A stretch of DNA of 64,000 bases from Selaginella moellendorffii (GCF_000143415.4 NW_003314339.1:55751-119750); one strand, 5' to 3'; shown: positions 49,458 through 62,428, counted from the first letter of the stretch. Numbers and translations: made by a program. Notes: generated by a model not told the origin, from the sequence alone.

Positions 49458-51030
49458 TACCTTGCCCAACCGGGTGAAGGCGCTGCTCGGAGAAATCTCC
49501 AAACGAAACTGTTTTCCTATCTCGCGAAACAAGTTCTTCGTCCCTGCGTGAACCAAGTTACATGCCGATCTATGAAAGTGAGAAAGTTACCAGTGAGGTT
49601 GCATAAACACTGCAAACGTGTTCCTTTCCACAAGTGGATCGTCTTGAGCCGTCTGTATAGACATTGTTACGAAAGAGGAAGTAAAATACACGTACTCGAA
49701 CACAATGTGGTGTCGCATGAAATGCACCATTCAATATTAGCTCCGTCGCTTCTCCTGCCTGGTAAGCAATGTCATCCTTTCCGAAAGTTGCCTACACGAA
49801 GACACTTTCAACACTTTGATCCGTATGGACGAACACTTCGTTTACCTTGACAATTGCACCAGACCGAGCCCTAACATAAAGCCCTGCTTCAGAATCATGA
49901 CAGTCTATTTCCTTCCTTCTCTTGTGTACATTGCACAGGTCAATCCTTTAACGCACCAAAAAAAAATGGTAAGTTAGACAAAAGCGCACCGCGTAACTTG
50001 AAAACGTGCCTGTAAGAGATCCGTGATCGACGTGCCAGCCACACCACGACGATGACTTTGTACCTGAGCAGCTGCAAGAAGCCTTTAGAAATTTACAGCA
50101 GGAGGAGCAACGAAACCTTGGGTAATAATGGAGCAGACGGCCTTTGTGGCACAAAGAGTTCTTGAGCATGTCCGTGAGCCTTGCATCACCGCCCTTGCGA
50201 AACACTGAAGGGACAGGAAATTAGAGGAGACGAACAGGAAAAGGATCTCAACCATGTTTGTCGCAGTGAGCTGCGAGGTGCAGGCCAACCTTTACAATCA
50301 GGCTTCCAAGTTTCTTAAAACCTGCAAAGTGATAGAAGAAAACATTATCCACGTAAAGAGAAAACAGAGATGTACTTGATTCAAGGTCAGGTAACTGCTT
50401 TCCAGGCCATAAGTTCGCTCGATAATAAGATGGATATCTGCGTCCATTGAGACCGATTAAAATTTGTGAGAAAGAAGTAAACAAACCTTTCTATGAGAGC
50501 TGGGTCATCGGTCGGCCTGTCCACGATTATAAAACGAAGCTTTAAGCTCATCTAAACCAGAAGGAACATATGAACTCGAAAGAAGGAAAAAACCGTAACG
50601 AACGAATACGTACCAGGTTGGCCGGATTCTAGGAACTCTTTTCCGTGGCTCCAGCTAGAAACTTTTGAGTTACCTGCTTGCTGGATCTTCTAGCTCTTTG
50701 AGAGCATTTTCGGGAAGAGAAGAAAGGCTGCACAGAAAAATCGAAAACATTGAGTAAGAAGAGACTATACTCGATACCTCTGCGCAAGATTTAACAGATT
50801 CCTCCGCATTTCAGTGAATCCCGGAACCTGACAAAAACACAAAAAGAATGCTCGTGGAAGTAAAATTCCATTCAAAGCTTACGTTTGAAACGGCAATATT
50901 CCCAGTCCTTGAGCTCCTCAGAAAAATCCACAGCTTCATTCTACAGCAAGAATTGATCGCTCATTCGATCTGAGGCAGGAAATCTCACCTGGAGCTCCGA
51001 GAAGTCGATTGTCACTATGTTATGGCGCAT
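49458..51030 (-). pseudogene. 2-oxoglutarate/Fe(II)-dependent oxygenase, multi-exon, with frameshifts
   Basis: MRHNIVTIDFSELQ|, VPGFTEMRRNLL, YPSYYRANLWP, KGRLLHYYP, SSWCGWHVDHGSLTG (HxD), HATPHCVR, RNTFAVFMQP. Exon 2 (50883-50940, 58 nt) breaks phase, with another shift near 49912. Confidence 0.85.
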
Positions 51031-51051
51031 GCTGTTGCCGATCTTCCACCC

Positions 51052-54000
51052 TGTTGGAGCCGAAATTAGGCACCTTGAATCATGGAGATCAAGGGCCACA
51101 TTCAGCGGCAAATTTCAGAAGAAATTCCTGGATGTAGCTAGTATATAGCTAGTGTTTCTTTCTTCTTTCATGAAGCAGTTGTTTCCAGTTTCCTTCTGAA
51201 AAGATACTGTTCATTTTTTGTTCTCATTCTGGCTCTTTGTCATGGTATCTGAGCAGGATCAAAAGGATGGAAATGCTGCCACCATCACTTTCACAAATGG
51301 CTGTTCCATTTCCATTTTTGATGGATCTGGAAACTTCTTGAGCTGGAGGCACCAGATGGAGCTCATCCTCAAAGGTGAGGGAGTTTGGGGCATTGTCAAC
51401 GGTGATGCAGGCTATCAGAAGGTGGATACCTGGAGTCAGCATGAGGACAAGGGCATGGGAACAATCGGGCTTGCAGTGACGGAGAGTGTGCTGGATGATC
51501 TCACCCTCAGTGAGAATTACACCAGCAGCGAGCTGTAGCTGTGAGAAGCACAAGCAGCAAATGCATGTCCAGATTGGCCATCTCTACACAGGGATGGTCA
51601 ACATGCGGTGACCAGTTTGTGGATGACATGAAAAACATGTATTGGCAAATCGAGGAGTCAGATAAGGAGAACAAGCTTCCTCCTTCTCTTCAAAATTATT
51701 TTTTTCTTTGTTCTCTTCTTAATTCCTTCCATTCTCTTCAAAGTAACTTGATGCAGGTTGACAAGTTTCAGTTTAGTCATGCCATATGTGCCGTTAATGA
51801 GGAGATAGCTCTTCTAAGCAATTTGTGAAGAAGAAGAACAATAACAAGTTTCGAAGGATGGAGGTTTCTCCAAGGCAAAAGAAAGTGATGTGAAGTCCAA
51901 GAAGAAGAAATCTTGTGGTTATTGTAACAAGTTTAACCATGAAGAGTCTGAATGCAGGTTAAAGGTGTAACTTTTAACAACAGTTGGAGGATTTCAAATC
52001 TTCAAAATTTATGGCTCACTATGAACAACTTTTGGATGAAGCTTGTGTTGCTGAGATCAGAACTAAGCTTTACAACAATGCCATGGTAACTAACTCTTTT
52101 GTGTTGATTCTAGAGCTACTACTCACCTATCTTGGCATAAAGATCATTTTGTCAAATATAGAAATTGTCTTGGCTAGCATGTTGTGTAGGTAGGAGATAA
52201 CAGTGAGCATGGTATTCATGGCATTGATGATATGAATGTCTAGACATCTTATGGGAACTTAACTCTGACTGGGGTAATGTATGTTCCTACCCTTTGCAAA
52301 GATTTGATGCTGATATTGGGGAACAATTTGTGTTTTGATCATTAAGTTTGTGTCATTCAGATGCACAAATTCATGATGTGGTTGCTATAGCTCCTAGGGA
52401 AGGAAATCTACATCCACTCAAGGACAAGGAGTCTACCTACTCTTTGATTCTTACCTTTGTTGGTAAAGGCATATGTGATCTATGGCATAAATTGCTTATT
52501 GTCTGGGGTTTCCTGGTAAATGGTTTGGATGTATCTAACAAGCTAACTCTTGCTCCATGTGAAGTATGTGCACTTAGACATCATTAGCCTTTTAAAACAA
52601 TTGGAAGTCAAGCAAGCAATTTGCTTGAGCTTGTCTATGTTGATGTTTGTGGTCCAGTACAAGTTCCATCTTTCAAGAAGGCTAAGTATTTCTTAGCTTT
52701 CACAGATGACCTTAATCACAAGACTTGGGTTTATTTTCTAAAGAAGAAATCTAAAGTCTTAGATGGTTTTGTAGATTAGAAAACCTTGGTTGAAAACCAA
52801 AGTGGTTATCAAATCAAAAAGCTATGCATAGACAATGGTGGTGAATTTATAAATAATGTTTTTAATAGCATCTGTTCCCAAGCTCACTAGCTCATTGAAC
52901 TATATATGGCTCAATATAATAGGGTGGCAGAACTCAAAAATCACACCATTATAGACACAACATGATGCCTTCTCACTCAATCTCATGCTTCACAAAAGTT
53001 TTGGGTAGAGATAGTTAACCATCGACCTACTGTGGCAGTTAAGGAGATAACCCTGGAAGAGTGCTTTAAGCTTGACATACATGTATGGATTTTTTAATGC
53101 ACGGCATATTGCCATGTTCTACAAGAGCTACACACCAAGTTTAATCTAACTGGGGAAAAACTTATATTTTTTGACATGTTTAATTTTAATTCTCATACTT
53201 ATAGATTGATGGATCTTATGATAGCCCATGAAGAAGTGGTATTTTTTTAGGAAACCCCTTTTTCTCTCAATCCTCTTCTATTCCTAATCTTGACTTTATG
53301 AATTTTCTAAATTCTTGGCTTTGGAATTATGCTATTCTTGATGCTAACTTTTGGAATGATGCTCAGCATGAAGAAGCACTTGAGCAAGGAAGAACTAATC
53401 CAGTCATCAAAATCCCAACTCAACTCTCTCCTACAAGATTTGATGTTGTTTTGACTCTAGTTGCATCTCTAACATTCAACAAGGCTACTCTTAAGCCACT
53501 TGGATGAAGAAAAAAGGTGAAAATTCTAAGTAAAAAGGCTCTTGAAAATGCTAAAAGTTTTTATGTTATTGCCTCCGATTTGTTGGAGTTTTGTGCAACC
53601 ACATGTACACTTTAGCCTTCTTCATTCATGAAAGCCATAGCTAGTCCCAATACAAGCCATTGGAAGTGAGCAATGGACCAAGAAATTAAGTCTATCACTC
53701 GTATACACATTTTTGATGAAGTGGTTCTTCCAATTAGAACTACAACACTTTGTAGTCAATGGTCTACAAGACAAAGCTCAACCTCAACGGTTTCATCAAC
53801 TGTCACAAAGATTGACTTGTTGCACAAAGCTATAAATAACAATATAGCATGGATTATCTTGAGACATACTCTCCAGTGGTAAAGATGACAAATGTTCAAA
53901 TTTTGCTTGCTTTTGCCACTTACTTTGATCTTGAGATTTATCAAGATTGCTTTCCTGAATAAAGATTTGTAGGAAGATGTCTACATTTAATAGTTAGATG

Positions 54001-55561
54001 GCAATACCCAACTTAAGAAGCAACATCTCTTATGGAAACTCAAGAAATCTCTTTATAGCCTTAAACAAGCCTAGAGAGCATGGTGGCAGAAAATCAATAC
54101 TTTTTTCAAAGTTGAAAGATTTTCTCTTGTTACTCCTAAATTTAATGTCCACATCAAATGAGAAGGGAAGTTTTTACTTATTGTTGCTCTCTATATTGAT
54201 GACTCACTCTTGATTAGCAACAACTATGAGTATTTACAGATTTTCAAGACTAAGTTTGGAAAAACTTTTGCTATAAAGGACCTTGGAGAAGCTTGTTATT
54301 TTCTTAGTCTTGAGATTCACTGTGATGGGAAAATAAGGTCCCTTCACATCTCTCAGCAACAATATTTAACAAAGGTACTTGAGAGTTATGGATATATTGA
54401 TTGCAATCCTTCTTATTTGCCCATGGAGTTTAATAACATCAAGTTCTTGACAAAAGTTGAGTGTCCTACTAGCAAAAAGGAGCATTAAACTATGGCAAAG
54501 GTATCATTTCAAAATTTGCTTGAGAGTTTGATGTATGTTATGGTGTGCAATTGTCCAAATTTGGCTTATGTTGTCATCGCTCTTAACCAATTTTCTGCTA
54601 ATCTTGGTAAGAAACATTGCACATAGCCAAATCTCTGATATGCTATATAAAGTAAACTTTTACTTTTAGATTGTTATATGGCTCACATGGTGGTTTTTCT
54701 CTTGTTGCTTACATGTTAAATGATAAAAATAGCCATAAATCCACAATAGGGTTTTGCTTCCAACTTGGAATAAGTTTTGTTCTTTGGCACAATAAGAAAT
54801 AAGCTCACATTACTCTTTCCTCCACAAAAGCAAAATATTTTATTGCCTTAGTTGCTTCTAGGGAAATTCTTTGGTTTCAAGAATTTCTTAGAGCTCTTGG
54901 ACAATCCTCCACACCAATTACTCTCTATGTTGACAACAAGGGAGCTATCAATTGGTGAAATGTAACACTAGAAGTTTCGACATGTTGCCAAGCACTATCA
55001 CTATGTTAGGGATTTGGTACACACAAGTTTACTAACAATTTAGCATATTTCTTCTCAACAACAACTTACTGACATCTTTATAAAACCTTTGGCTAAGGTT
55101 CTATTTGTGAAACATAGGAATTCCATTAGAGTTGTGACCAAGCCTTAACTGAGGAGGAGGTAGTAATAGCAATCACACCTTTGGCTTTAGGAGTATTGGA
55201 GTTGAAATCCAAGGTGTGATAAATGCCTTGAAGCATGGAAATTAAGGGCCACATTCAATGGCAAATTTTAGGAAAAATGTATATAATTACATATGTGTAT
55301 ATGTATGTAAAATATTTCCAATTTCTTGTAAACTCTTGAATTTAGACTTCTTGGGAGGTCATTCAGCTTAGTACTATTCAAACGTAAGAATGCTTAACCC
55401 TAAGTATCCCAAGATACTTAATCGATTGGAAAAAGGGGTGCACTATTTTCTTTCTATATTTAAACCCCATGAATTGTTTCTCAAGTCGTTCCCTTTAGAT
55501 GCTTATATTTCCTTCTGAAAAAATTCTATTTATTCTTTGTTCTCATTCTGGCTTTTTGTCA
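51052..55561 (+). mobile_element. Decayed Ty1/Copia LTR retrotransposon
   Basis: 5' LTR 51052-51242; PBS TGGTATCTGAGC 51243-51254; gag FDGSGNFLSWRHQM; knuckle CGYCNKFNHEESEC; integrase LELVYVDVCGP and DNGGEF; RT LYIDD and KDLGEA; RNase H QLTDIFIKPL; PPT-like GAGGAGGAGG ~55151; diverged 3' LTR ~55195-55561. Many stops, no TSD seen. Confidence 0.93.
55327..55507 (+). mobile_element. 181-bp solo mini-LTR inserted in the Copia 3' LTR
   Basis: TGTAAAC...GCTTATA, TSD TTTCT/TTTCC; absent from the 5' LTR, which reads CCAGTTTCCTTCTGAAAAG. Confidence 0.8.
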
Positions 55562-55994
55562 CAGAACACAAGAGAAACGAATAGTGATGACCTATTGGCA
55601 TGGCAACAGCCATTGCTCTTCTTCTATTAGCTCTCCTCTAAACCTTGCTCTTGCAAATATGCTTCTTGTATAGTCGCTTGATAGTATATTCTAGAATCAA
55701 TTTTATTCTCCTTGTATGATCTACAGGTTTTGTGGTATATTCTAGCATCTCTTAAAAGATTCAAAGCAATCCCTTGATGATTCTTAAGTTTCTTTTTTAA
55801 ATTTACTATTTTTGTACTATTAACGTTTTGTTTTTCTACTGATCAAGCTAAACTTGAAGTGTAATTAACATTTTGTCATGTAGAGAGCTTGGAGTGATGT
55901 TTTGATATATCCAATAACGCACTTCTATGTGATTCATAAAGATCAGACTCCTGCAACACTATTAGATTGGAGACATACCCACAACTCCGTCTGA

Positions 55995-56690
55995 AAGAAC
56001 TGGTGTTTTGCACTCTAGCTTGTGACCTGAGTAGAATGGCAATCTGATTGTGATACAAAGTAAGCAAGTAAGCACAGCAGGGCTGCACTTTGGTCAGCTA
56101 GAGCTGATCTCCTAGTAGAAGCATGCCATATTTGCAAGTCTACCAAACCCATGATCTGGCAATTTTCATGCCTGCAGAATTCACTAGGCATCTAAGTTGA
56201 CATGCATTTGCACTGTGTCTGGAGCCAACAATAGATTGTCATCAGCATATAGTAGTACATAGAGAAAAATGCTTACTCTGCAGCATAGTTCCATATAGAT
56301 CTCAAACAATGTCAGCCAGAGGGGCCTGAGGGGCCTGAGGCACCCTTATGGAACCCCCGAACAAGACTCAATTAGCTGGCTATCCACTATTTGCAAACTC
56401 AAAGTCTTGTATAATTTGATGATTGCAGCTACTGGAGAGGTAGATGGGGATTTGGAGTTCCAGCAGATACCAAATCAAAAGATGCCATAGGACAATTGAA
56501 AGCTTTGGTTAAATCAATAAAACCCAGAAGAAGCACTTTGTGTGCCTAAAATGTAGCCGTTTGAACAAGACGTAGAGGGTTAGCAGTTGGTTGATGCAGG
56601 AGTAATGCCTGTGAAGGCCTGCTTGACCTTCTGCATGCAGCCACGTTGTTTCTCTATAAGGCGGGCAAACACCTTTACAAAAGCTACCAA
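55995..56690 (+). repeat. Degenerate dispersed repeat, inverted partner ~63235-63930
   Basis: Shared ACTGGTGTTTTGCACTC.AGCTTGTGACC.GAG, GGGATTTGGAGTTCCAGCAGA, GCCTGCTTGACCTT and GGCAAACACCTTT. Confidence 0.8.
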
Positions 56691-56821
56691 CATTGCTAAC
56701 TCACTTGTGGAGATTCTATTATAAGTAAAATTTCCTTCATTGAAGTTGGATCATTCTTTTATACTAGTACTTTTCTTTTGGACAATGACATCTTTTTCTT
56801 TAAAAGACTTTGTATTTTATT

Positions 56822-57655
56822 TTAAAAGTTTTTTACTGTACTTGTAGCAGCATAAAGTTTACCTGGGCTGGACTTAAAAACATGATACAGCACCACATTT
56901 CTATCTCTTTGTATAGTCAGAAATGCATAGCATGGCTCATCACAAGACTTATCTAGTGACCATATAACAACCTGGCTTAAGGTTTCTTTGATAACCATGT
57001 TCCCATTAAGTTGGACTATGAGATAGCAATCTACTCCTCCTCTCCCACACACTCCATTAATCCAAACTTGCCCTCAGCTGGCTTCATTCACAGACAAGCT
57101 ACAATCATCCTGGAGCTTGAGTGTGTAGATCAAATTCGGGGACTGGAGCTCAAAGTTTCGACGAAGACCATTGTAGAAGAATCACCTTGGTTGCTGCCAA
57201 GTAAAATCTCAGTCTGGTTGTGAAGGGTTTCCATCTTTTGATCTGCTGGTGCTATGCAATACTGGACTCCAAACATCTCGGAGACTGCAAGCATGCTGCC
57301 AGCTAGAAAAACTTGCATTTGTATATATTACTACTTTGATAACAAGGCCTCTCACGCTGATGGTGTTACCTGGATTGACATGGCAGAAATCCAGATTGGG
57401 GCCTGTATGAAAAGATACGATGGCAATGTAGATCACTACGTTGTTTGTCACAGTGACTTGATTGATGTAAACTACCCCACTCTCATAGTATGTATTGTCA
57501 TTGAAAATTTCCGCAAGTGCAATCACCATATCTAGAATAATATTGGCATTGGCTGTTGTTATAGCATTGCGCTCGTCAGAGAATTCCCAATGCATGGCTT
57601 GAACAACACTAATATGAAAAAGGAGTGCTGTTAAACATTCAATGAGAAGATACAT
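56822..57655 (-). pseudogene. Third secreted unknown-domain + bulb lectin paralogue, disrupted by deletions
   Basis: Close to the 35728 copy (HTGPNLDFCHVNPGNTISVRGLVIK; IQRDRNVVLYHVFKSSPGKLYAA); frameshifting deletions near 57325 and 57180. Confidence 0.88.
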
Positions 57656-59171
57656 TTAGAATGAGTTTTGCTAGAAACAATCAAAAAGAAAACTATTTCT
57701 TGTTATAATGATAAATTAATAATTTATATTGCAACCTTCAACCAATTATATGCACTCACAATATTAAATAATGCTTGTTTTGCTTAATTCTTGATTAGTA
57801 TTATTATTAATCCAATTAATCAATAATTATAATTATTTATAAACACAAGATTATAAAAAATAGTGTATTAGGGTTTAAGTTTAAAACTTATATTCATCAG
57901 CAAGAATATGGAAATGGAATACAGAAATGTGTATATTAATTAACTTAAAAACCTTAATTTATATATAAGAGTGAGTGGTCTGGATTGAAATTAATCTGCA
58001 TCAAAATTCCACTACGTTAATATTAATATATAGCATTATAACCATACATTTGGACCTCATAGTATTTATTATATCCCAAGTGATGAAAACATCCTTCTTT
58101 TAAATTTAACATTGACAATGCATCTTTAATACTTCTTATTAGTTTCTTTTGTTCACAAACCACTGAAAGGAAGGAATGGGGATGGCCACCAAATGCATAA
58201 GGTTATTTAAGGCACTTTATTTTAAATTTGTTTTCTTTCATAAATATACTTGGCCAGGATACCGAGCTAATAGAAAAATTAACTACAAGGAGAGTAGACT
58301 TTGAAATCTTCCTGAAAGTCCATTTGCATTAAAATAGACCTTTTGAAACGAGCCTCACAAGACTCCGTCCAGCATCAAGTACGTCTAAGTACGTATAAGT
58401 AGGGAAAAATTCTGATCAAAAGAGAAAAAAACAGGTTTTCAATCTGACATTTCGAGAAAAGGAAACACAAATATTCTGAGAAACACCTGATATCTGAATC
58501 CGAAACTACTCCGAGGTTGAGCCTCGCTGGAATCCAAAACAATTCGAGATCGTTTGTAGCTTCAAGGGTGTCGTCGGGTAACGCTCCACAGTCGAGGCTC
58601 AAGAACCCTGTCGAGTTGAGATGAGAGCTTATTTTATCTTCGATCTACACGCAATAGCTGGTGTAGCGAGGAGGCCGAGCGTGAAAACGAGGAGACGATC
58701 CACCAGCCACATTTTCTGCTCAGGAGAGACTGCTCATGATCTTCTTGATCCAGCCGACAACAGGAATCGTATAAAAAATTCAGTAGGATTTACCACGACC
58801 CGAAGGAGACAGGACATAGAGTGGACTTTGAAGTGTCAAAAGGAACCCGGTAAGCTTTGAAAACGAATGTTCACAGAAATCTCCTCGCTGCTCCCATGGC
58901 CTGCGGGTACACGACGGCCACGAAAGTACGCTTCGTTCCATCATCTCGTCGACGACCTGGCGAAAGCACCTGTTTAGAGAATAAGGATAACATAACACAA
59001 GAAGAAATTTTACTCTTTGATCGAGCTTTCATCTGCTGCGATACTCCCATGCCACTGGATACTCCAGACTCTTCAAGTACCTGTCTACAAAGACTGTGAG
59101 TAGGAATCCAAGTCCTCCATTGTGCCACTCTCTGATGGCAAAGCAGAAATAATACTTGCCTGCGCGTAGCT

Positions 59172-61033
59172 TTATCGTCCTTGCAGTTGCGCAAAAGGTG
59201 GCATTTGAGTCCCAAGTGCCTTCGCGTCAGTAACAATGACAATTGGCTCCAAGTCGGGATGAAGATGTTTTCTTGCGCCTTCCAGGATGTCATTGCTCGT
59301 TACTTCTTCAACCTTCTTTTTGTAAGTGAGAGGAAGGTTTTGATCGATTCCAAATAGATCGTATACGAGGACACGTGCTAGCTGGGATTCTCTGCAGAAG
59401 ACGAATGTTGATAACTTTGGTAGATATAATCGCAAGTTTACCTGCTTGAATAGTTAAAAACAAAAGAATTTAGAGCGGCTTCTTTGGCTTGGGACAGCTT
59501 CTCTGCAATGCAGGGAAGGGTTTCAATAGTGCATGCACGACAAATCTAACCTTCAGGAACAGGTGCTTCGACAATTGACACCAACACTGCCTTGACGGCT
59601 TTTAGAAGCTTGGGAAATAGATTGAACTTGAGTTTCTCCTCCGGCGACGAAGACCCCCTTATAACATTGAGCGAGACATTTTAAAACGTTGTTTTAAATC
59701 TATATTCAGAAAAGCTGGGGCATGGTGTTGACTGGTAAAAGCCTGCTAGTGTTTTCTGGCGTCCGCCATGTTGAAAACTCCGTTTCAATCAGCGACTTCA
59801 TCATCGAAGAGTCAAAATCACCCCAAATTCCTAACACAGCTGCGTCAGGCCAGTAAGTTAAACGGAAGCACAAAGAAAAACTGGAATGGCTCACCGGAAA
59901 ACCTGTCTGTGAAATGCAACCAGGTCGTTACGAAAAATGGATCTCACCGTGTTTTGCTCGGGCAATCGAGCATAAATACTTTTATCCCCATACAGCAGCT
60001 TTTGCAACTTGATTGTAGCTGAAGTTTCAGCCTGATGAAGGAAAAAAATATTTTAAAAAGATCGCCTGCAGATTCTACTCGCCTACGTCATCTTTTCTTC
60101 GAGAGATATAGCCCAGAAGCTGTCCTCCAACAAGTTCTAGCTTCTCTCTAGGCATGGTTGGCCTCTGGACGACTGCAGAACAGGAAATCAAAGTTTTCTA
60201 CGGCCATACCATCTGAAAATATAGAAAACACAGTTTTGAGGTCGTCCTCAAGGCAACGAAAGCCGACACCCATACTCCCACCACTGGACGATGCTTCTAT
60301 TCGAGCTGCCATGGACTGCAAAATAGAAAAGTAAATAAGAAATAGCTTGTACATTGACAACTTTACCTCCAGTTCTAAATCTAATGAATCGCTTGGATGT
60401 AACGCAGTCCCTCCACTTCTTTGCACAGCAGACGTGAGATTTTATATCAGAAACAGAGCAATCACCTTTCCTTCCGGTTCTAAGTTTCCTCCGCCTTTTA
60501 CAATCAGGTTTCCGCCTACCTGGAAACAGAAAAATAAAAAGGATCAGTTCCTTGAGCGCAAAAGCAAGAGCCAAACTTACAAGTCCCAGCTCATGATCCT
60601 CGAGCAAAAAAACTCGGAGACCGTTGTCTATAATACAATCTAATAAAACAACAAGTAGCTTGTTTACGAATCGTTTTTCGCACCATTTCGTATGGTGGAA
60701 AAGAAAAAGTCTGGCAGCGGGGGAAACTCCTCTGGAATGGGGAGTATTTCCTGCTCCATGCTCGTTGTCACTGCAAAGCTGATGATCATGCCAACGTTTT
60801 ATGAAAAAAAATCGTTCCGTTTTTTTTTATAAAAATCTCACCTTGGAAGCGCTGGATTCACAGCATAGAGAAGCCGCTAATGCAGCTCCAATAATCCTCC
60901 CGGGAATACTCCTGGCGCTGCCGCATTGCAATCTCTCAGCCTGGAAAGAACAAAAAGCCCGTGCGAAAGACTTTCTCGAGCGCGTACCTGAGGCCTGGCG
61001 GACGCAATCGCGCCCGAGCTCCAGGATCGCCAT
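59172..61033 (-). pseudogene. Peptidase M16 (insulinase, bacterial M16B-like) gene with introns, probably defective
   Basis: LLEDHELGLV, QRSGGT, LESMAARIE, FRCLEDDL, KLLYG..SIYAR, VLGIWGDFD, AKEAALNSFVFNY, VEEVTSNDILEGARKHLHP. N-terminal transit-like peptide. One acceptor appears to read TG (~59851), in-frame stop at 59706, and the central part appears missing. Confidence 0.75.
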
Positions 61034-61313
61034 CGCCTACATTCGCGATTTGGCAGAGTCGATCCTTGATGGATAAACCCTAAAACACAAGATTCTCTTG
61101 TCTGAGACCGCATATTCTAAAGCTTAAATTAAAAAGTTTTGCTTGATAATTTAATACGATTTCAAGTACAGCAAGTTAATGGTCTGCACGTTCCAACATT
61201 CAATGGCGATTAAAATTTTACGCCGATGGCGAGCGAGAAACATGTGGGACGACCAGTTTATAGCCCGAGCAATCTGCGACCGGACAAGCCATCTCATCTC
61301 CTCGGTTGCAGCT

Positions 61314-61838
61314 ATGGCGTCCTTCCCAAAGTTTATCCTCTTTTTCGTGGCTGCATCACTCTGTCTCGTAGGATCATCCTCGTATCCGAGGCACTGCACC
61401 GAAGTGATCAGCGTCTTCTTCCAGGATCTCTCCTTCTATCCGATCGTGCCCCCAAACAATCCCACCCCGTTCGGTCTCGGCGTGCTGGATGATATCCTCA
61501 CCGCCAGGCCCTCGCGGAACTCCACGGTCGTGGGAAGCGCTCGGGGCACGCTTGTGTGGGACTCGCTGAATTCCAACGCGACCTCGTTTCTGCAGACCAT
61601 GACCGTGGAGATCAAGGGCCGGCGGGGGATCATCAGCCTCTTGGGCCAGAACCATTTCCCGGAGAAGGTGAGAGAGATCGCCATCGTCGGCGGGACTGGA
61701 GAGTTCAGCCTCGTCCAGGGAACGGCGAAGATATCAACGTTTGCCACTCAGCCCGGCGGATTGATCCTGCGGATGCAGCTGTTTATCACCAGGTTGTGGG
61801 AGTGCTACGGCATCGCCATGCGTCGTGACGATGCGTGA
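61314..61838 (+). CDS. Dirigent protein (secreted), 174 aa
   Basis: Signal peptide; motifs FFQD, FG.GVLDDILT, VVGSARG, REIAIVGGTGEFSLVQGTA. Confidence 0.93.
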   Translation: MASFPKFILFFVAASLCLVGSSSYPRHCTEVISVFFQDLSFYPIVPPNNPTPFGLGVLDDILTARPSRNSTVVGSARGTLVWDSLNSNATSFLQTMTVEIKGRRGIISLLGQNHFPEKVREIAIVGGTGEFSLVQGTAKISTFATQPGGLILRMQLFITRLWECYGIAMRRDDA

Positions 61839-62227
61839 CGACGATATCAGTCTATGGTGAGGTGTTCAATTTCTCATATAAATCATGCGATGTGGTTTTC
61901 TGGAACTGCTCGATTTCATTAATAAAGGAAAACATTGCTAGCATGTTCGGCTCCATGAAATGTGTGCCAACATTTGCTGCTCCTCGATCAAGATTTCTCC
62001 CAAGGTTGGAAAAAGTCGAATTGTTTTTACGTTTTGTTCTTCATCAGGTGGAAAGATCAGGTGCATTGATATCGTCTTCCTGGCTGCTATAGTTTCTAGT
62101 TTGCTAAAGCTTTTGCTCCATGCCAAGAGAGCAAGTGAGGAACATGTGGGCTGCCCAGTTTCATGGCCGGCCTCTTCGGGCCGCATGTTTCAATAAGTTT
62201 ATCTTCACGGCGACTCCTCAAACATCG

Positions 62228-62428
62228 CAAAGTTCATCCTCTTCCCCGTGGTTGCATCACTCTTTCTCGCAGGATCACCCTCGCTCTCATATCCGAGGCG
62301 CTGCACCGAAGTGATCAGCTTCTTCTTCCAGGAATCTCACTTTCTACCTGGTTGTGCCTTCAGACAATCCCACTCCGTTCGGTCTCGGCGTGCTCGATGA
62401 TTTCCTCACCGCCGAGCCTCCCGGTCTC
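62228..62428 (+). pseudogene. Truncated, frameshifted tandem dirigent duplicate
   Basis: TATCCGAGGCGCTGCACCGAAGTGATCAGC...CCGTTCGGTCTCGGCGTGCTCGATGAT parallels 61327-61515, then stops abruptly. Confidence 0.85.

Noticed and set aside
58780-59100. PPR-like scrap (FRQVVDEMMERSVLSW)
   Set aside because: A single degenerate motif; insufficient for a feature call.
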